NCBI RefSeq assembly: GCF_037042905.1
Contig: NC_087254.1
Coordinates: 22,692,001 to 22,756,000, forward strand
DNA: 64,000 nucleotides
Direction: 5' to 3'
From: Lytechinus pictus
Taxonomy: Eukaryota
A model generated the notes under the pieces. The model was not told the DNA's origin, searched no databases, and worked only from the letters and a program-made list of their open reading frames with translations. Made by a program: the position numbers and the translations under genes. Below, in pieces: positions 12,991 to 26,903 of this stretch; position 1 is the stretch's first letter; every line of letters begins with the position of its first letter.

Positions 12991-15900
12991 TATTTCATTT
13001 ACCAATGGTCTCTCACTAGTACTTTGGGATACCAAACAAATTGTTACTAATGATTGTACTTCTAAGAATTGTTTTGACGTTTGTTTCTTTCTTTTTAATA
13101 TAGATATATTTTTCCTGGCATGTTCATTCATTTTATGAAGAGATCTGTGAGGCAACCTGTTTTATTATTTCATTTACGGCAATATAAATTACTGATGTAT
13201 TTTGCTCCAGGAAATGATAATTTTTTACTTTATTTTGAGAATTTAGAAAAGACTAAGTTTAAAGAAAATAAATCTGGACTTCTTTATTTTATATCTGTTA
13301 TCACCGGTATTTACCCTTCTTAAAATATAAATTAGTGTTTTTAAAAACAATGACAATTTTGATTATACCATTTTTTTCTTTCAGAGTTAAAATAAGATTT
13401 ACGCATGAGTGACATCATCTGAGTTGATATTACATTCGAGCAACTTGGATTTAAATTTCCTTATCATATTAAATTTACATGTAGGGCATGATTTCTTAGA
13501 GTGATACGAGAAAACGACGAGATAAAGTTGGAAAGTTGACTTGAAAAAGTCAATTTTGTAATAAGAGGACAAATAGGCAAGATGAATAGGAGAGAGTGGC
13601 TTTATGAAAACTACCATCCGTATGCAAATGGTTATAGGCTATAAAATCACTTGAGATAAAAATCAATTGGAGAAGAAAATAAACAATATAGAATTCATGT
13701 GATATCAAATCAAAATTCAAATAATCATTTACCTAGGTTTATTTAAACATAACAATTATCTCTCTTTTTAAATGACAAGTTACTGTCCTTAAAAATGATC
13801 AAATTATTCAGCAGATGTCAGTACCACATGGTAAAAAGTAACCAATTGCTGTAATAAAAAGAAAAATCGCTTGTATTGATTACGTGACATTCGAGTGGAA
13901 TTTATTCTTCGTCAAGAATAAAAAGCATGAAAATTAATTTCCCATTCAGGAATTCTTGCACGTTTTTTTTTCTTTTCTTCAAGTAATGTCTCTATACAGA
14001 TATAGCAAATCAAGTTACAATGTGATACAATAACATTGATAGTAATTAGAAAATATATCTATGTATGCTAAACTGGTGAAAAACAAGGATGGTAATTTTT
14101 TTAATGAGAAAAATAATGAATAATGACAGTATTTTCCCCGTTATATCTATCTATTCTCGACCCATGCATAATTTAACACCTGAATACCATCATTCTGAGA
14201 GCACTATGCAGCATTACATGAGTTCACTCTCAACAACCATGATAATCATCATTCAAAAATGAAAAAAAAAAGAATATAAGAATCTCAGTATTAGTTCATT
14301 TGAATATTTTTGTTTTCTCTAAAGGCAATATCAACCCCAACAAAAGTTTATTTGGACATCAAACGAACTTAAAGTTCAAGTCCACTCAAGAAAAAATGTT
14401 GATAAGAATCAACAACAAAATCATAAACCATAATGCTGAAAAATTTCATCAAAGTCAGATGTAAAATAAAAAAGGTTTTGCTAATTTTTCCACAAAACAG
14501 TTAAATGGACAAGTGAGTGATATTCAAATGAGAAAGTCGATGATGTCCCTCACTCACTTTTTCTTTCTTTTTTATTATTTGAATCATAAAATATTTCAAT
14601 TTTCATACATTTGACAATTAGGACCAACTTGACTGAACCACAAATTGTTAAACCAATGATAATTCATTATGCTCAGGGTGGAATGTTTTTTTTTTATTTC
14701 GCATGACAATAAGGAGATAATGTTTGATATAATCAAATGCAAAAGTAATAGTGAGTGGGTGATGTCATCAGTCTCCTAATTTTTCTAATGACCATAATAT
14801 GAATATAACTTTTGTGAAATTAAGCGAAACTTTAAATAGTGATAAATTTTCTAATTTTACATCAAATTATGATGAAACTTTTATGGTATGCTTGTTTGAT
14901 TTTTCTCTTTTTATTCAAATAAATGTTTTTTTTATTACTGCAAATGTAATTAAAATGCCGGATATAGCAATGACATCTTAAAATTTCGGGTAATTTTACA
15001 AAACAGTGACATGCAAATCATGGTCGGTATGTAAAATTAGAGAGGCGATGACGTAACACACGTGTGATATTATTTATGATAATAGTTACACTTATACATA
15101 GCGCCTCATATTACTGGTTCTAAGCGTTTTACACTGCAATTATTATTTTCCCGGTCATAGGATCCATTACTGTTCCACACATAAAATGCGCCATATCCAC
15201 TCCCTGGGGAGTATCCTGACCAGGCAACCGTTTAACGATGCACACGGGTACTCATTTAACACCTGGGTGGAGAGTGATAAACGTGGATAAGTGCTTGCCC
15301 AATGAAATTTGCACCTGGTGGGATTCTAATCCTTATAAATATGAAATATAAAATATGTCAATGATTCGCTTTTGTAAGCACCATTATTAAAAATTAAATC
15401 ATTCGATTACAAACTCTTTAATTTGCAAATCTAAAAAAGGGGAAATGTTAGGCATTGTCTTGATTATATTTGTGTGGTTTTTCTCTCTATATTTAAAATT
15501 ACGCTGGGTGCATTTCACCTGTAAAACATCCTACTCTCAACTTGAGGGAATTCCAATTAAACTACAAGAAAAACTGTTCTTGGTGCAATGGCAATGAATT
15601 GGCACACCTTTTTATGAGCAATAAAAGTGAACTAAATTGTTTTTATCATGATAATCAGTAATGTATGGTCCTTGAAGCAAAACGATAAATGTTTGAATGT
15701 TTGGAATATTTATATATTAATTTAAGGTGATTTAACGTCAAGAATCATTAATTCACTATTTTGTTCTCCACAATTTTTATATGCAATATTTAATAAGTTC
15801 ATCTTGACCCCTATGGAAGGGGAAATTAATAAAAAGAGTGTATGAAACAAAACAAAAATAACGACAATGTGATAGCAAAATAGTACTATTATAGTCAGAC

Positions 15901-16459
15901 CTCATCTTCGATTCCAATTTATATATGACCCCATCGAAATAAAAGTACTTGGAATTAGACGGGTTACTCTGTGTCACTGCATTAAAAGCATGGATTGTTT
16001 TAAAGTAATTAATCTTAATTCTGTCTTTGTATTCAACAGTATTTTTATCTTAAACACCCAGCTTAATTAGATAAAAGAATTAACCCAAAGTTAATCTTCA
16101 AACTCAGACGATATTACCTTTTACAGTATTAGAGCGCGGCGAAACAAATTAGTTTTCCTCCGATCTTTTGTAGCGTTTGTGGTAACCTGTGCCTATACCT
16201 GACAACGTTGTGGGGTAGTTCTGGTGCATATTTGGCGTGAGTAATCATTATTGTTTTTCTAATCTGAAAATTCATCTTCAAACGGGTTATATTTCTTGAA
16301 CTACATCATCACTGATCATTTAACCAGTCACCATTTTTCACCTGACAAAGCCTATTTTGAAATAAGTTACCTTGCAATGCAGACTAGTAGCTCACTAATT
16401 TAGGCAGTACCGACACATACCGACACACGTACGGATATTTATCATTTATATTTTTGGAT

Positions 16460-16927
16460 TTTTGGATGATCGATTTTCCTTTTCCTCTTTTTTCACCCTT
16501 CTCCTGATGAAAACCTTTCCATTATCCTCCTCTTCCTACTCATCTTCCCCTCATCACATCCCTCCTTCTCTCTATTTTCTTCCCCAACTTCTTTTGCCAA
16601 CCAATCTCATATTCTTTCCACATTTCTCACAGTCGAAACCTTTTTTCCTCAATTCCCCTTTGTTATCCTCCCTTTCATACCTTCACCATTTATCTTTCAC
16701 ATTTCCTTCTCCGCAATCTTCTCCATCTCCTTTTTATAATTTTGCTACCAATCCCTCTTTCTCCTCACTTATTCGATTAAATCTTTTTCACTTAACATAC
16801 CTCTATTTTTCTACCTTTCTTTCCATATTATTTTCTCCTTATCCAGACCTTTCTCCTCAACCTTCCCTCCTCCTTTCCATTCCCTCATCCTCTCCACCCC
16901 CTTCTCATTCGATTCCCCTTCCTCCAG
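16460..16927 (+). repeat. About 470-bp low-complexity polypyrimidine (CT-rich) tract in the 5' UTR intron of paralog 3
   Basis: Almost G-free sequence that ends at the acceptor. Confidence 0.8.
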
Positions 16928-16947
16928 GTTTTAACATATCGAGTAAG

Positions 16948-19484
16948 ATGGATGTGGTGCCTCCGTTGACCCTCCTAGTAACTACTGCATTCATCTTAAG
17001 TATCTTCTTCACCTTTCAAGCTGGTGTTGGTCCAGATTCCGAGTATTCATTAGGTAATCAACTATACAACCAAAGAGTCGTGTGTTGCGCCAGTGTATTT
17101 ATTCATGTATTTATCATCTATTCATTCATTCATTCATTTGGGGGCCAAGACGCCCTCATTGTTATGTCACTTGGTCTCACTGAAAATGATTGTGGGTATA
17201 TGATAGTTCCACGACCAAACCTCTCGAGTTCATGATCTTTTTTCTATCCACCTCTTTTTCTTCCTCTTTGATTTTATCATTTTAAACTTAAACTTTACCA
17301 TGCCATGTTTCTTCGGTGTCATTTTGATATAGATTTTTCCTTGATGACTTTCAAAAGATCGAGACAACCAGAGGAAAAATTGAAATAAGTCGTGTCCAAG
17401 GAATGTAGAAAAATGTTAAAGTTTAGTATTGTATTCACACAAATTTTGACATTATTATGTTGTCGTAAGACTTGCGACATTTATGTATTAAATTATTCAT
17501 GCCTCAATCATGTCAATCGAAAGTGGCTGTTCCCATTTAAAATGTATTATTATGTTTATATCTACCTTTTTTATTTTTATGATTTATAAGTTGAATCAGA
17601 AATATATAAAGCCATTTATATCTTGCGATGTGGCATATGTTAAAATTTACAGTGAAATTATTGGTCTTGTCATGTAAATTTATGATCACAGGATTTTTTC
17701 GAAACTCAATTTTCAACCTCTCTAACAACGTCCCGACTCCCATAACTCCGGCCGGTTACACCTTCTCAATCTGGGGTCTGATATACCCCTGGTTTGGTGC
17801 TTGGTTGATCTACGTCATCACAACTCTCTTCAGGACCAATGATAAGGGTCCTGTATATCTTAACCCTCCTACAACCAGTCCCGAGTTTCTCATTGCAGTA
17901 TGGCTGAATCTTACACTCAGTGTGACATGGTTATTTGCCATCGATAGAAGGGCCTTTTTTCTGGGCTTAGCGACCTTGTCTGGAATGGCAACGACGCTCT
18001 ACGTAGCAATATCCATAGCAACGACCAGGGTTTATCAATATCTCTTTGTCTTCAAGGAATATGGAATGTAAGAGTTCTTTGTTTTTACTCCTGCCGTTGC
18101 CACATAATCTTTATTGTCATTTGGATTTGTTTATTTTTGTAACAATAACAACAACAATGATAATTAAAATTAATAATAATAATATTGATGATGATAATGA
18201 TGATGGTGATGATATTGTTATTATTATCAGTATCATTAATATTATAATTATGTACGTTATCATAATCATTTTCAGAATCATCATTATCATAATTATCATC
18301 CGTTAAAAATCATGGTTGCCAGTCAGCACTGGGCCTGAAACTTGGCAAAATATATCAGACCCTCATTAGTTCTGGGAAATGTAAATCTTGAGAAAGACTG
18401 ACATTTGATGTTCTAGGGTCTGAAATAGGGCCCCAAAAATAAGACTGGCATGTTATGGTCAATATTTTCAATGACGATGGAGCATGGTCTCATTATCTTT
18501 TTTCTGTGATTCATTCCAGATTCGATTTGTGGGCCAACCGTATTTTGATACAGAATGGACTTGCTATATATGCTACTTATATTACAGAAGCAACAAGAGT
18601 CCAGTTCGCCATTATTCTAATATATACGTTTGGAATAGACGAGTAAGTAGAATGTACATGGAGTATTTAACAATATTAAAGAAGGAGTAACCATGGTGAC
18701 ATAAAACAATTGAATGATATTCATGTAGGGATAAGGCATGGCCCTGGGAACGATTTTATTTGTGGGGGTGCCGATGTAAACTTGAAAAGAAAAAAAAAGT
18801 TTTCACTACAAAATGGAAGTCAAATTAGCCCCGAGAAAAATCTGAAAGGCAAAAAAAAAGGAGGGGGTTACTACAACATTAAGGTGAACTTGGTCTCCAA
18901 CAAATATGAAAAGCAAAAAAAAAAAAAAAAGAGGGTTTCACTACAAAATGAGGGTCATTTTGGTAATCTTTTTCATTTCTTAAACATGTTCCAGAATACC
19001 GGGGGACCTGCCTATGGAGGAATATACACCGCACCCCAAAGGAAAATTTTAGCACCCCCGCTTCCCAGGGCCATGGGATAAGGCTACCACATAATATTTT
19101 TCAAGTCATTTTTTACATTGCTAAATGCTCGTTTTATGAATATATTTTTGGTGTGTTTATTATAGGGACACTACAACCTACATTTGTTATGCGGTCCTCG
19201 CTACCCAACTTATCACTTATTTCTTCCTGGACTGTTTCGTTTACGATCGATACTTCCGATACATTCTTATCGTCTACCCGACAGTTATGTGGAATTTGGG
19301 CGGAATCCTTGTCGCTAACGTTCGTGATCCAACCAGTCCTCAAGCGGTCATCGGATCGACACTCTTTGCACTCGTCTTCGTCTTTTTCGTCATCAAAACC
19401 ATCTTGGTTATCATTCGCGACCCCGTATACGTCATCGCTAAACAGAGAAAGGCTGATAAGGCCGCTTACACGCAACTCACTTAG
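16948..19484 (+). CDS. TspO/TSPO-like membrane protein, paralog 3, 307 aa. join(16948..17053, 17692..18067, 18520..18642, 19166..19484)
   Basis: Same exon lengths (106/376/123/319) and phases as paralog 2, with a highly similar translation ending AYTQLT. 5' UTR intron at 16237..16927. Confidence 0.92.
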
Positions 19485-19794
19485 TTATAACATGTTTCGT
19501 GATCTGAAGATATTATTTTAGATACTAACAGAGCTTAATTGCTCTAAACTCCGACATAGTAAAAATAATTAAATAATGCTCTGAGTAATGATATAATCTA
19601 TAATATTTTGCCTTTTCATGTCTGTGTCTTTTTTAATCAATGGCATTACACATAATATTAATTTTTTGTCGGGATTATAATTTCGTAATTCATTTGGTCA
19701 ATTTAGAGAACACTAAGTTTAAAAAAAAAAGGAAATTATTTTTATTCACGTAGTGTATATTATTCGTTGTCTTTTGTGTTGTTTTTGTTGATTG

Positions 19795-20350
19795 TGGTGG
19801 TGGTGATGATAATGATGATGATAATGATTATCATGCGACAGCGATGATGATGAGGAGGAGAAGGAGGCGGGGAATGATGAGGATTAGAGTAATGGTAATG
19901 ATGGTGGCAACGATGTTAATGTCTTTTCTACTGCTGTTGATGACGATGATTTTGTAGTTGATCATGATGATGGTGATGGTGATGATGGTGATGATGATGA
20001 TGATGATGATAGTGATGATGACTATTTTGATATTTTCCTGCCGTTGATGATACCAACAATATTGTTCTTGTTGATGATGATGATAATGACGACGACGATG
20101 ATTAGTCTGTAAGCACAGACTTTTTTCTCACAATTCACATAGTTTACAATGCAGAGTCTGATGTAGTGAGACTAGATTCATTATGTATTGTGGCTGCATC
20201 TACCAAATTACAGACAGAGTCTGGAACGTAGTTTTACCTGTAGGAAGGTATAATTTTTTTAAGAGTCAAATTTTGATCTGTGCTTGCAGACAACATGATG
20301 GTGGTGATTATGGTGATGATGATGATGACGACGACGATGGTGATGATCCT
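19795..20350. repeat. Degenerate (GAT/AAT)n microsatellite region (similar tract at 18140..18300)
   Basis: Visible trinucleotide runs. Confidence 0.8.
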
Positions 20351-20899
20351 GCATGTAGATCTAACATCTTTGTTTTATCTGTCAAGAAGAAATAGCACAG
20401 CCCATAAACAAATAAATATTCAATGCATCAGTGCGGTAAGATAATAATTGTTTTTAATACATTTTTCTATGCATATTTTACACCAGTTTTCTTTCAGCAA
20501 AATGAGGAAATAAAGAATACATATGTTTTGTCAGATAAAATTTATCAATAACACATATAAATACAACAGTGGTGGTCAAGTTAAATTGCCGTGTTGATTG
20601 TCAATATTTTGAAATCAAGTTTGGATTAGGTGTGTTGATATATGCCGAAGACCATGCTAGATCCATATAGAATAATCCCATCTAGTAATGAGATAAATTA
20701 CTAATTCTCAAACCAAACAGAAAACCTGCAGATGAACTATTCAACATGGTAGGAGCAAACCGTTTGCAAATTGTAAACTTGGTAGTAATTATGCCATATA
20801 GTTATTTTTCGAGGGTAACGGGTTGGATTACGAGGTTGATATGTAGGGTTATTTAACAAAAAGAGTGACAAAATGGAAAACGAGAATAGTAAGAAGAGC

Positions 20900-23800
20900 G
20901 CCAAGTTGATGAAGACATGGATAACAACAAGGGCAACAAGAAGAATGACAAGGGTGATTATGAGAGTAATACGAAGGGAAACAACGAGGGGGACGAAGAT
21001 GAATATGTGGGTAGTAAGAAAGGCAACAGCGAGGGTGACGAAGATGATTATGAGGTTTATAAGACGGCAAACAACAAGGGTGACGAAGACGATTATGAAG
21101 GTAACAAGAAGGTCAACAATGAGGGTGACGAAGATGATTATGTGGGTAATAAGGAAGACAACAATAAGGGTGACGAAGATGATTATGAGGGTGATAAGAA
21201 GGACAACAATGAGGGTGACGAAGATGATTATGAGGGTAATAAGAAGGACAACATTGAGGGTGACGAAGATAATTATGAGGGTCATAAGAAGGTCAACAAT
21301 GAGGGTGACGAAGATGATTATGAGGGTAATAAGGAGGACAACAATGAGGGTGACGAAGATGATTATGAGGGTAACAAGGAGGTCAACAATGAGGGTGACG
21401 AAGATGATTATGAGGGTAATAAGAAGGACAACAATGAGGGTGACGAAGATGATTATGAGGGTAACAAGAAGGTCAACAATGAGGGCGACCAAAATGATTA
21501 TGAGGGTTATAAGACGGGAAGCAACAAGGGTGACGAAGATAATTATGAGGGTATTAAGACGGCAAACAACAAGGGTGACGAAGATTATTATGAGGGTAAC
21601 AAGAAGGTCAACAATGAGGGTATCGAAGATGAATATGTGGGTTGTAAGAAAGGCAACAGCGAGGGTGACGAAGATGATTATGAGGTTTATAAGACGGCAA
21701 ACAACAAGGGTGACGAAGACGATTATGAAGGTAACAATAAGGTCAACAATGAGGGTGACGAAGATGATTATGTGGGTAATAAGGAATACAACAATAAGGG
21801 TGACGAAGATGATTATGAGGGTAATAAGAAGGACAACAATGAGGGTGACGAAGATGATTATGAGGCTAATAAGAAGGACAACATTGAGGGTGACGAAGAT
21901 AATTATGAGGGTAATAAGAAGGTCAACAATGAGGGTGACGAAGATGATTATGAGGGTAATAAGAAGGACAACAATGAGGGTGACGAAGATGATTATGAGC
22001 GTAATAAGGAGGACAACAATAAGTGTGACGAAGATGATTATGAGGGTAATAAGGAGGACAATAATGAGGGTGACGAAGATGATTATAAGGGTAGTAAGAA
22101 AGACAACAATGAGGGTGACGAAAATGATTATGAGGGTTATAAGACGGGAAACAACAAGGGTGACGAAGATAATTATGAGGGTATTAAGACGGCAAACAAC
22201 AAGGGTGACGAAGATGATTATGAGGGTAACAAGAAGGTCAACAATGAGGGTGACGAAGATGAATATGTGGGTAGTAAGAAAGGCAACAGCGAGGGTGACG
22301 AAGATCATTATGAGGGTATTAAGACGGCAAACAACAAGGGTGACGAAGACGATTATTAAGGTAACAAGAAGGTCAACAATGAGGGTGACGAAGATGATTG
22401 TGAGGGTAATAAGTAGGTCAACAATAAGAGTGACGAAGATGATTATGAGGGTAATAAGAAGGACAACAATGAGGGTGACGGAGATGATTATGAGGATAAT
22501 AAGACGGCAAACAACAAGGGTGACGAAGATGATTATGAGGGTAATAAGAAGGTCGACAATGAGAGTGACGAAGATTATTATGAGGGTAGTAAGAAAGACA
22601 ACAATGAGGGTGACGAAGATGATTATGAGGGTTATAAGAAGGACAACAATGAGGGTGACAAAGATGATTATGAGGGTTATAAGAAGGACAACAATGAGAG
22701 TGACAAAGATGATCATGAGGGTTATAAGAAGGACAACAATCAGGGTGACAAAGATGATTATGAGGGTTATAAGAAGGACAACAATGAGGGTGACAAAGAT
22801 GATCATGAGGGTTATAAGAAGGACAACAATGAGGGTGACAAAGATGATTATGAGGGTTATAAGAAGGACAACAATGAGGGTGACAAAGATGATTATGAGG
22901 GTTATAAGAAGGACAACAATGAGGGTGACAAAGATGATTATGAGGGTAGTAAGAAAGACAACAATGAGGGTGACAAAGATGATCATGAGGGTTATAAGAA
23001 GGACAACAATGAGGGTGACAAAGATGATAATGAGGGTTATAAGAAGGTCGACAATGAAAGTGACGAAGATGATTATGAGGGTAATAAGAAGGACACCAAT
23101 AAGGGTGACGAAGATGATTATGAGGGTATTAAGACGGCAAACAACAAGGGTGACGAAGACGATTATTAAGGTAACAAGAAGGTCAACAATGAGGGTGACG
23201 AAGATGATTGTGAGGGTAATAAGTAGGTCAACAATAAGAGTGACGAAGATGATTATGAGGGTAATAAGAAGGACAACAATGAGGGTGACGGAGATGATTA
23301 TGAGGATAATAAGACGGCAAACAACAAGGGTGACGAAGATGATTATGAGGGTAATAAGAAGGTCGACAATGAGAGTGACGAAGATTATTATGAGGGTAGT
23401 AAGAAAGACAACAATGAGGGTGACGAAGATGATTATGAGGGTTATAAGAAGGACAACAATGAGGGTGACAAAGATGATTATGAGGGTTATAAGAAGGACA
23501 ACAATGAGAGTGACAAAGATGATCATGAGGGTTATAAGAAGGACAACAATCAGGGTGACAAAGATGATTATGAGGGTTATAAGAAGGACAACAATGAGGG
23601 TGACAAAGATGATCATGAGGGTTATAAGAAGGACAACAATGAGGGTGACAAAGATGATTATGAGGGTTATAAGAAGGACAACAATGAGGGTGACAAAGAT
23701 GATTATGAGGGTTATAAGAAGGACAACAATGAGGGTGACAAAGATGATTATGAGGGTAGTAAGAAAGACAACAATGAGGGTGACAAAGATGATCATGAGG

Positions 23801-24382
23801 GTTATAAGAAGGACAACAATGAGGGTGACAAAGATGATAATGAGGGTTATAAGAAGGTCGACAATGAAAGTGACGAAGATGATTATGAGGGTAATAAGAA
23901 GGACACCAATAAGGGTGACGAAGATGATTATGAGGGTTATAAGAAGGACAACAATGAGGGTGACGAAGATGATTATGAGGGTAATAAGAAGGTCGACAAT
24001 GAGGGTGACGAAGATGATTATGAGGGTAACAAGAAAGACAACAATGAAGGTGACGAAGATGATTATGAGGGTTATAAGAAAGACAACAATAAGGGTGACA
24101 AAGATGATTATGAGGGTTATAAGAAGGACAACAATGAGGGTGACAAAGATGATCATGAGGGTTATAAGAAGGACAACAATCAGGGTGACAAAGATGATTA
24201 TGAGGGTTATAAGAAAGACAACAATGAGGGTGACAAAGATGATCATGAGGGTTATAAGAAGGACAACAATGAGGGTGACAAAAATGATCATGAGGGTTAT
24301 AAGAAGGTCGACAATGAGAGTGACGAAGATGATTATGAGGGTAATAAGAAGGACACCAATAAGGGTGACGAAGATGATTATG
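20900..24382. repeat. 45-bp minisatellite, left arm (about 76 units; consensus GAGGGTGACGAAGATGATTATGAGGGTAATAAGAAGGACAACAAT) with higher-order repeats
   Basis: Strict 45-nt period. Diagnostic variants recur at 630-bp (21001/21631/22261) and 810-bp (22321/23131) intervals. Confidence 0.95.
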
Positions 24383-25024
24383 TTATTCCCTAATTCGACT
24401 CTCAATCGTGAATAAATTATTTTCAGTCACGCCTCACTATCCTTAAGCACAACCAGTGCAACAACATCAACACCTGAAATAGAAAACATTTATATATACT
24501 TTACAAAAAACATACCTGTTTCGAGGGGAGCACCAAGCTTCGACGGCAAGACAGCACGAACGGTACTTACTGACGAATGTACTTGCTCACTCTGAGGCCT
24601 CCCACTGAGTTCAGATCTCGTAGAACTCATCAATGTACTGTATATGCTGTAAGGCCTATCCATCCATCAGAATTCTCTTTGCTCTATCTTCTTGCATCCA
24701 GTCAATCGTCCACATATCCATCCCGAATAAGACGTCCGTACTGTGCAGTGTCGAACTCGGTCAGTGAATTCCGAATCGTTTAGGAATTCAGACACTCCTC
24801 ACGCAAGCATTGTTATGCTAATCGGATACTTCTGCTAAGAAAAGAAAATGTATTTATTCCCTAATTCGACTCTCAATCGTGAATAAATTATTTTCAGTCA
24901 CGCCTCACTATCCTTAAGCACAACCAGTGCAACAACATCAACACCTGAAATAGAAAACATTTATATATACTTTACAAAAAACATACCTGTTTCGAGGGGA
25001 GCACCAAGCTTCGACGGCAAGACA
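24383..25024 (-). repeat. 3' split direct repeats B2 (24383..24553), A2 (24729..24853) and B1 (24854..25024)
   Basis: The two B copies (171 bp) read identical. A2 and A1 (125 bp) differ at one position (CTGTGCAGTG vs CTGTGCTGTG). Confidence 0.93.
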
Positions 25025-25239
25025 AGCTAAACATATAGCTCCCCCTCTCAGTCAATCAAAGAACGGGTAAACAAGAAAATTAGTTACACAACGCAATCAT
25101 TTCAATTTAACCAACTTTAAAGTATAATGAGAATAATACATGTCTCATTCAACAATCTCATCGTACACCTACAATCCATCTTTAACAAAGTTATACGTAT
25201 AATCATACTGAGGCTAATTTACCCGGTATAAAAATAATT

Positions 25240-26214
25240 CTAAAGCCCCAAAGTCATAGAAACTGAAAGACAATCCGTCATATTGTCTTTCATATATCCA
25301 TCCTTAGCAGTCTCCGACCTCCACCTACCATGTTTCTTAAACAACCTGTCTGGAACACCAAAGTTCGCTGCTGCTGTGGCTCCGCCCCTTCGGAGGCTAT
25401 GCATGCCAAAACTCTTTGGATTCAACCCTACTTTCACCAACGCCTCTCTCAATAATTATAAACATCTAGTATAAGACAACTGTCCACGTCTTAACTTGTA
25501 ACTATTACTGGATTTACAGTAATTTAGAGGCCTAAAATGAAATTCTTCATCAGAGGCATCGTTAAGCCCCGCTGCAATCAAATATTTCCTCAAAGCTAAT
25601 ACTGGGCAGGTGGGGGAATCTGTATATAGCACCTATAGAAACCCATGCTCCTTGCCCGTAAATATCGGTTTTACTTTTCATGATGAAAATATTCACATGA
25701 GACAAAATACAAGTCTAAATCACATCTATGAATATGTATCATTTCATCAAATCGTAGAAAGCCTGCGTATGAAATCAAAATCATAGCACATAATCGAATA
25801 TCTAATAGACTCGTTGAAGATCCATACTTCTCAACAACTGCTTTCAAAATGTCTGGGGTTATAACTTCTTTCTTAACGATCGGTTTGTTTAGTAATTTAT
25901 TTAAACCTTGTAAAACAATATGTATGAACTTGCGATCACAGGGATTAACATTCATCCTTGACTTGCAGTCAAAATGCCACTTAATGGCGTAAAAAAGCCG
26001 ACTCTATCCTCGAATAAGGAGCTTCTCTTTGATACAAATGAATAAGATAGCGACTAATATCTTCTGGTTCTGCTGTGTCAGAATTTACCTTATTTTGCTT
26101 ACACCAATCTCTCCAGATATTCAACGCTCTGTTGTATTTACTCATAGTGTATCAGCTCTCGAAGCTGTCAAGACCTTGTTCAAAGTTATATCATATCCTT
26201 CATGAAGAGAATTT
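25240..26214 (-). pseudogene. Tyrosine recombinase of the PAT-like element (frameshifted)
   Basis: YAGFLRFDE (catalytic R), KTD, HSLRRGGATAA (H-x-x-R) and HGRWRSETAKDGY (H/W..Y), spread over several frames. Confidence 0.9.
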
Positions 26215-26903
26215 CTGGATTTAAGAAAAATTAAAGAAAACTTAAGCTTGTATATATATTTATCTCAATACAATATATTCAATTTGTGATAAATTCTAAA
26301 GTTCAGTCATTCTTATCAAATTCTCAAAATTTAATCACTTCTAATACGTTTTACAGCCATGACAGCAAAATTAAATATTAGCTATGCAGCTATCCTCAAA
26401 CCAGATGGTTTTATATTTTCACTAAAATTTCAGTATGAAATTCATTAGATCACAATTCCATATCAGAATTCGTTCCAATCGTCTTGAAGGCTTAGCAAAA
26501 CAATAGCTTTGGGATTCATTTCCTTTGCGAAAATATTTATTTTGCCTTAAAAACACTCGCAAAAAACTTTCTGAAACATTTTATTCTCAAGAATTATGTA
26601 ATTTTGAGACTTTGAATGTTTTCAATCATCACCAATTTCTTCATTCTGAGCTCCGCTGCCAGTAAATTATAACTAATTTGAGAATGAAATCTCATATCAA
26701 TTCCTTATCAACCTTTACGATGGTTATCCTTTTACATAATCACAACATTCTCCAATTTCCATCACCACTTCTTTGCTCTGCAGCATAAGTGGATCCTAGC
26801 TATGCAGCTATCTGCCATGCGGCCGTGTAAAAATTACATGTTGCATTCCAACAGTATAATTTTGAATTAACCTCCATCAAATGGATTTATTACATACCAA
26901 CAT

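Noticed and set aside
16462-16947. N-terminal extension of the 257-aa ORF
   Set aside because: It is an intronic polypyrimidine tract. The true start, by homology with paralog 2, is ATG 16948.
20737-24415. The 1222-aa, 1180-aa and 480-aa ORFs as bona fide genes
   Set aside because: They are pure translations of a 45-bp repeat whose codons rarely mutate to stops. There is no domain or splice evidence, so they are kept only as a hypothesis in findings.
24383-24728. Hammerhead ribozyme in the element's terminal repeat or spacer
   Set aside because: CTGACGA, TGATGAG and CGAAAC fragments exist, but not on one strand with the required three stems.
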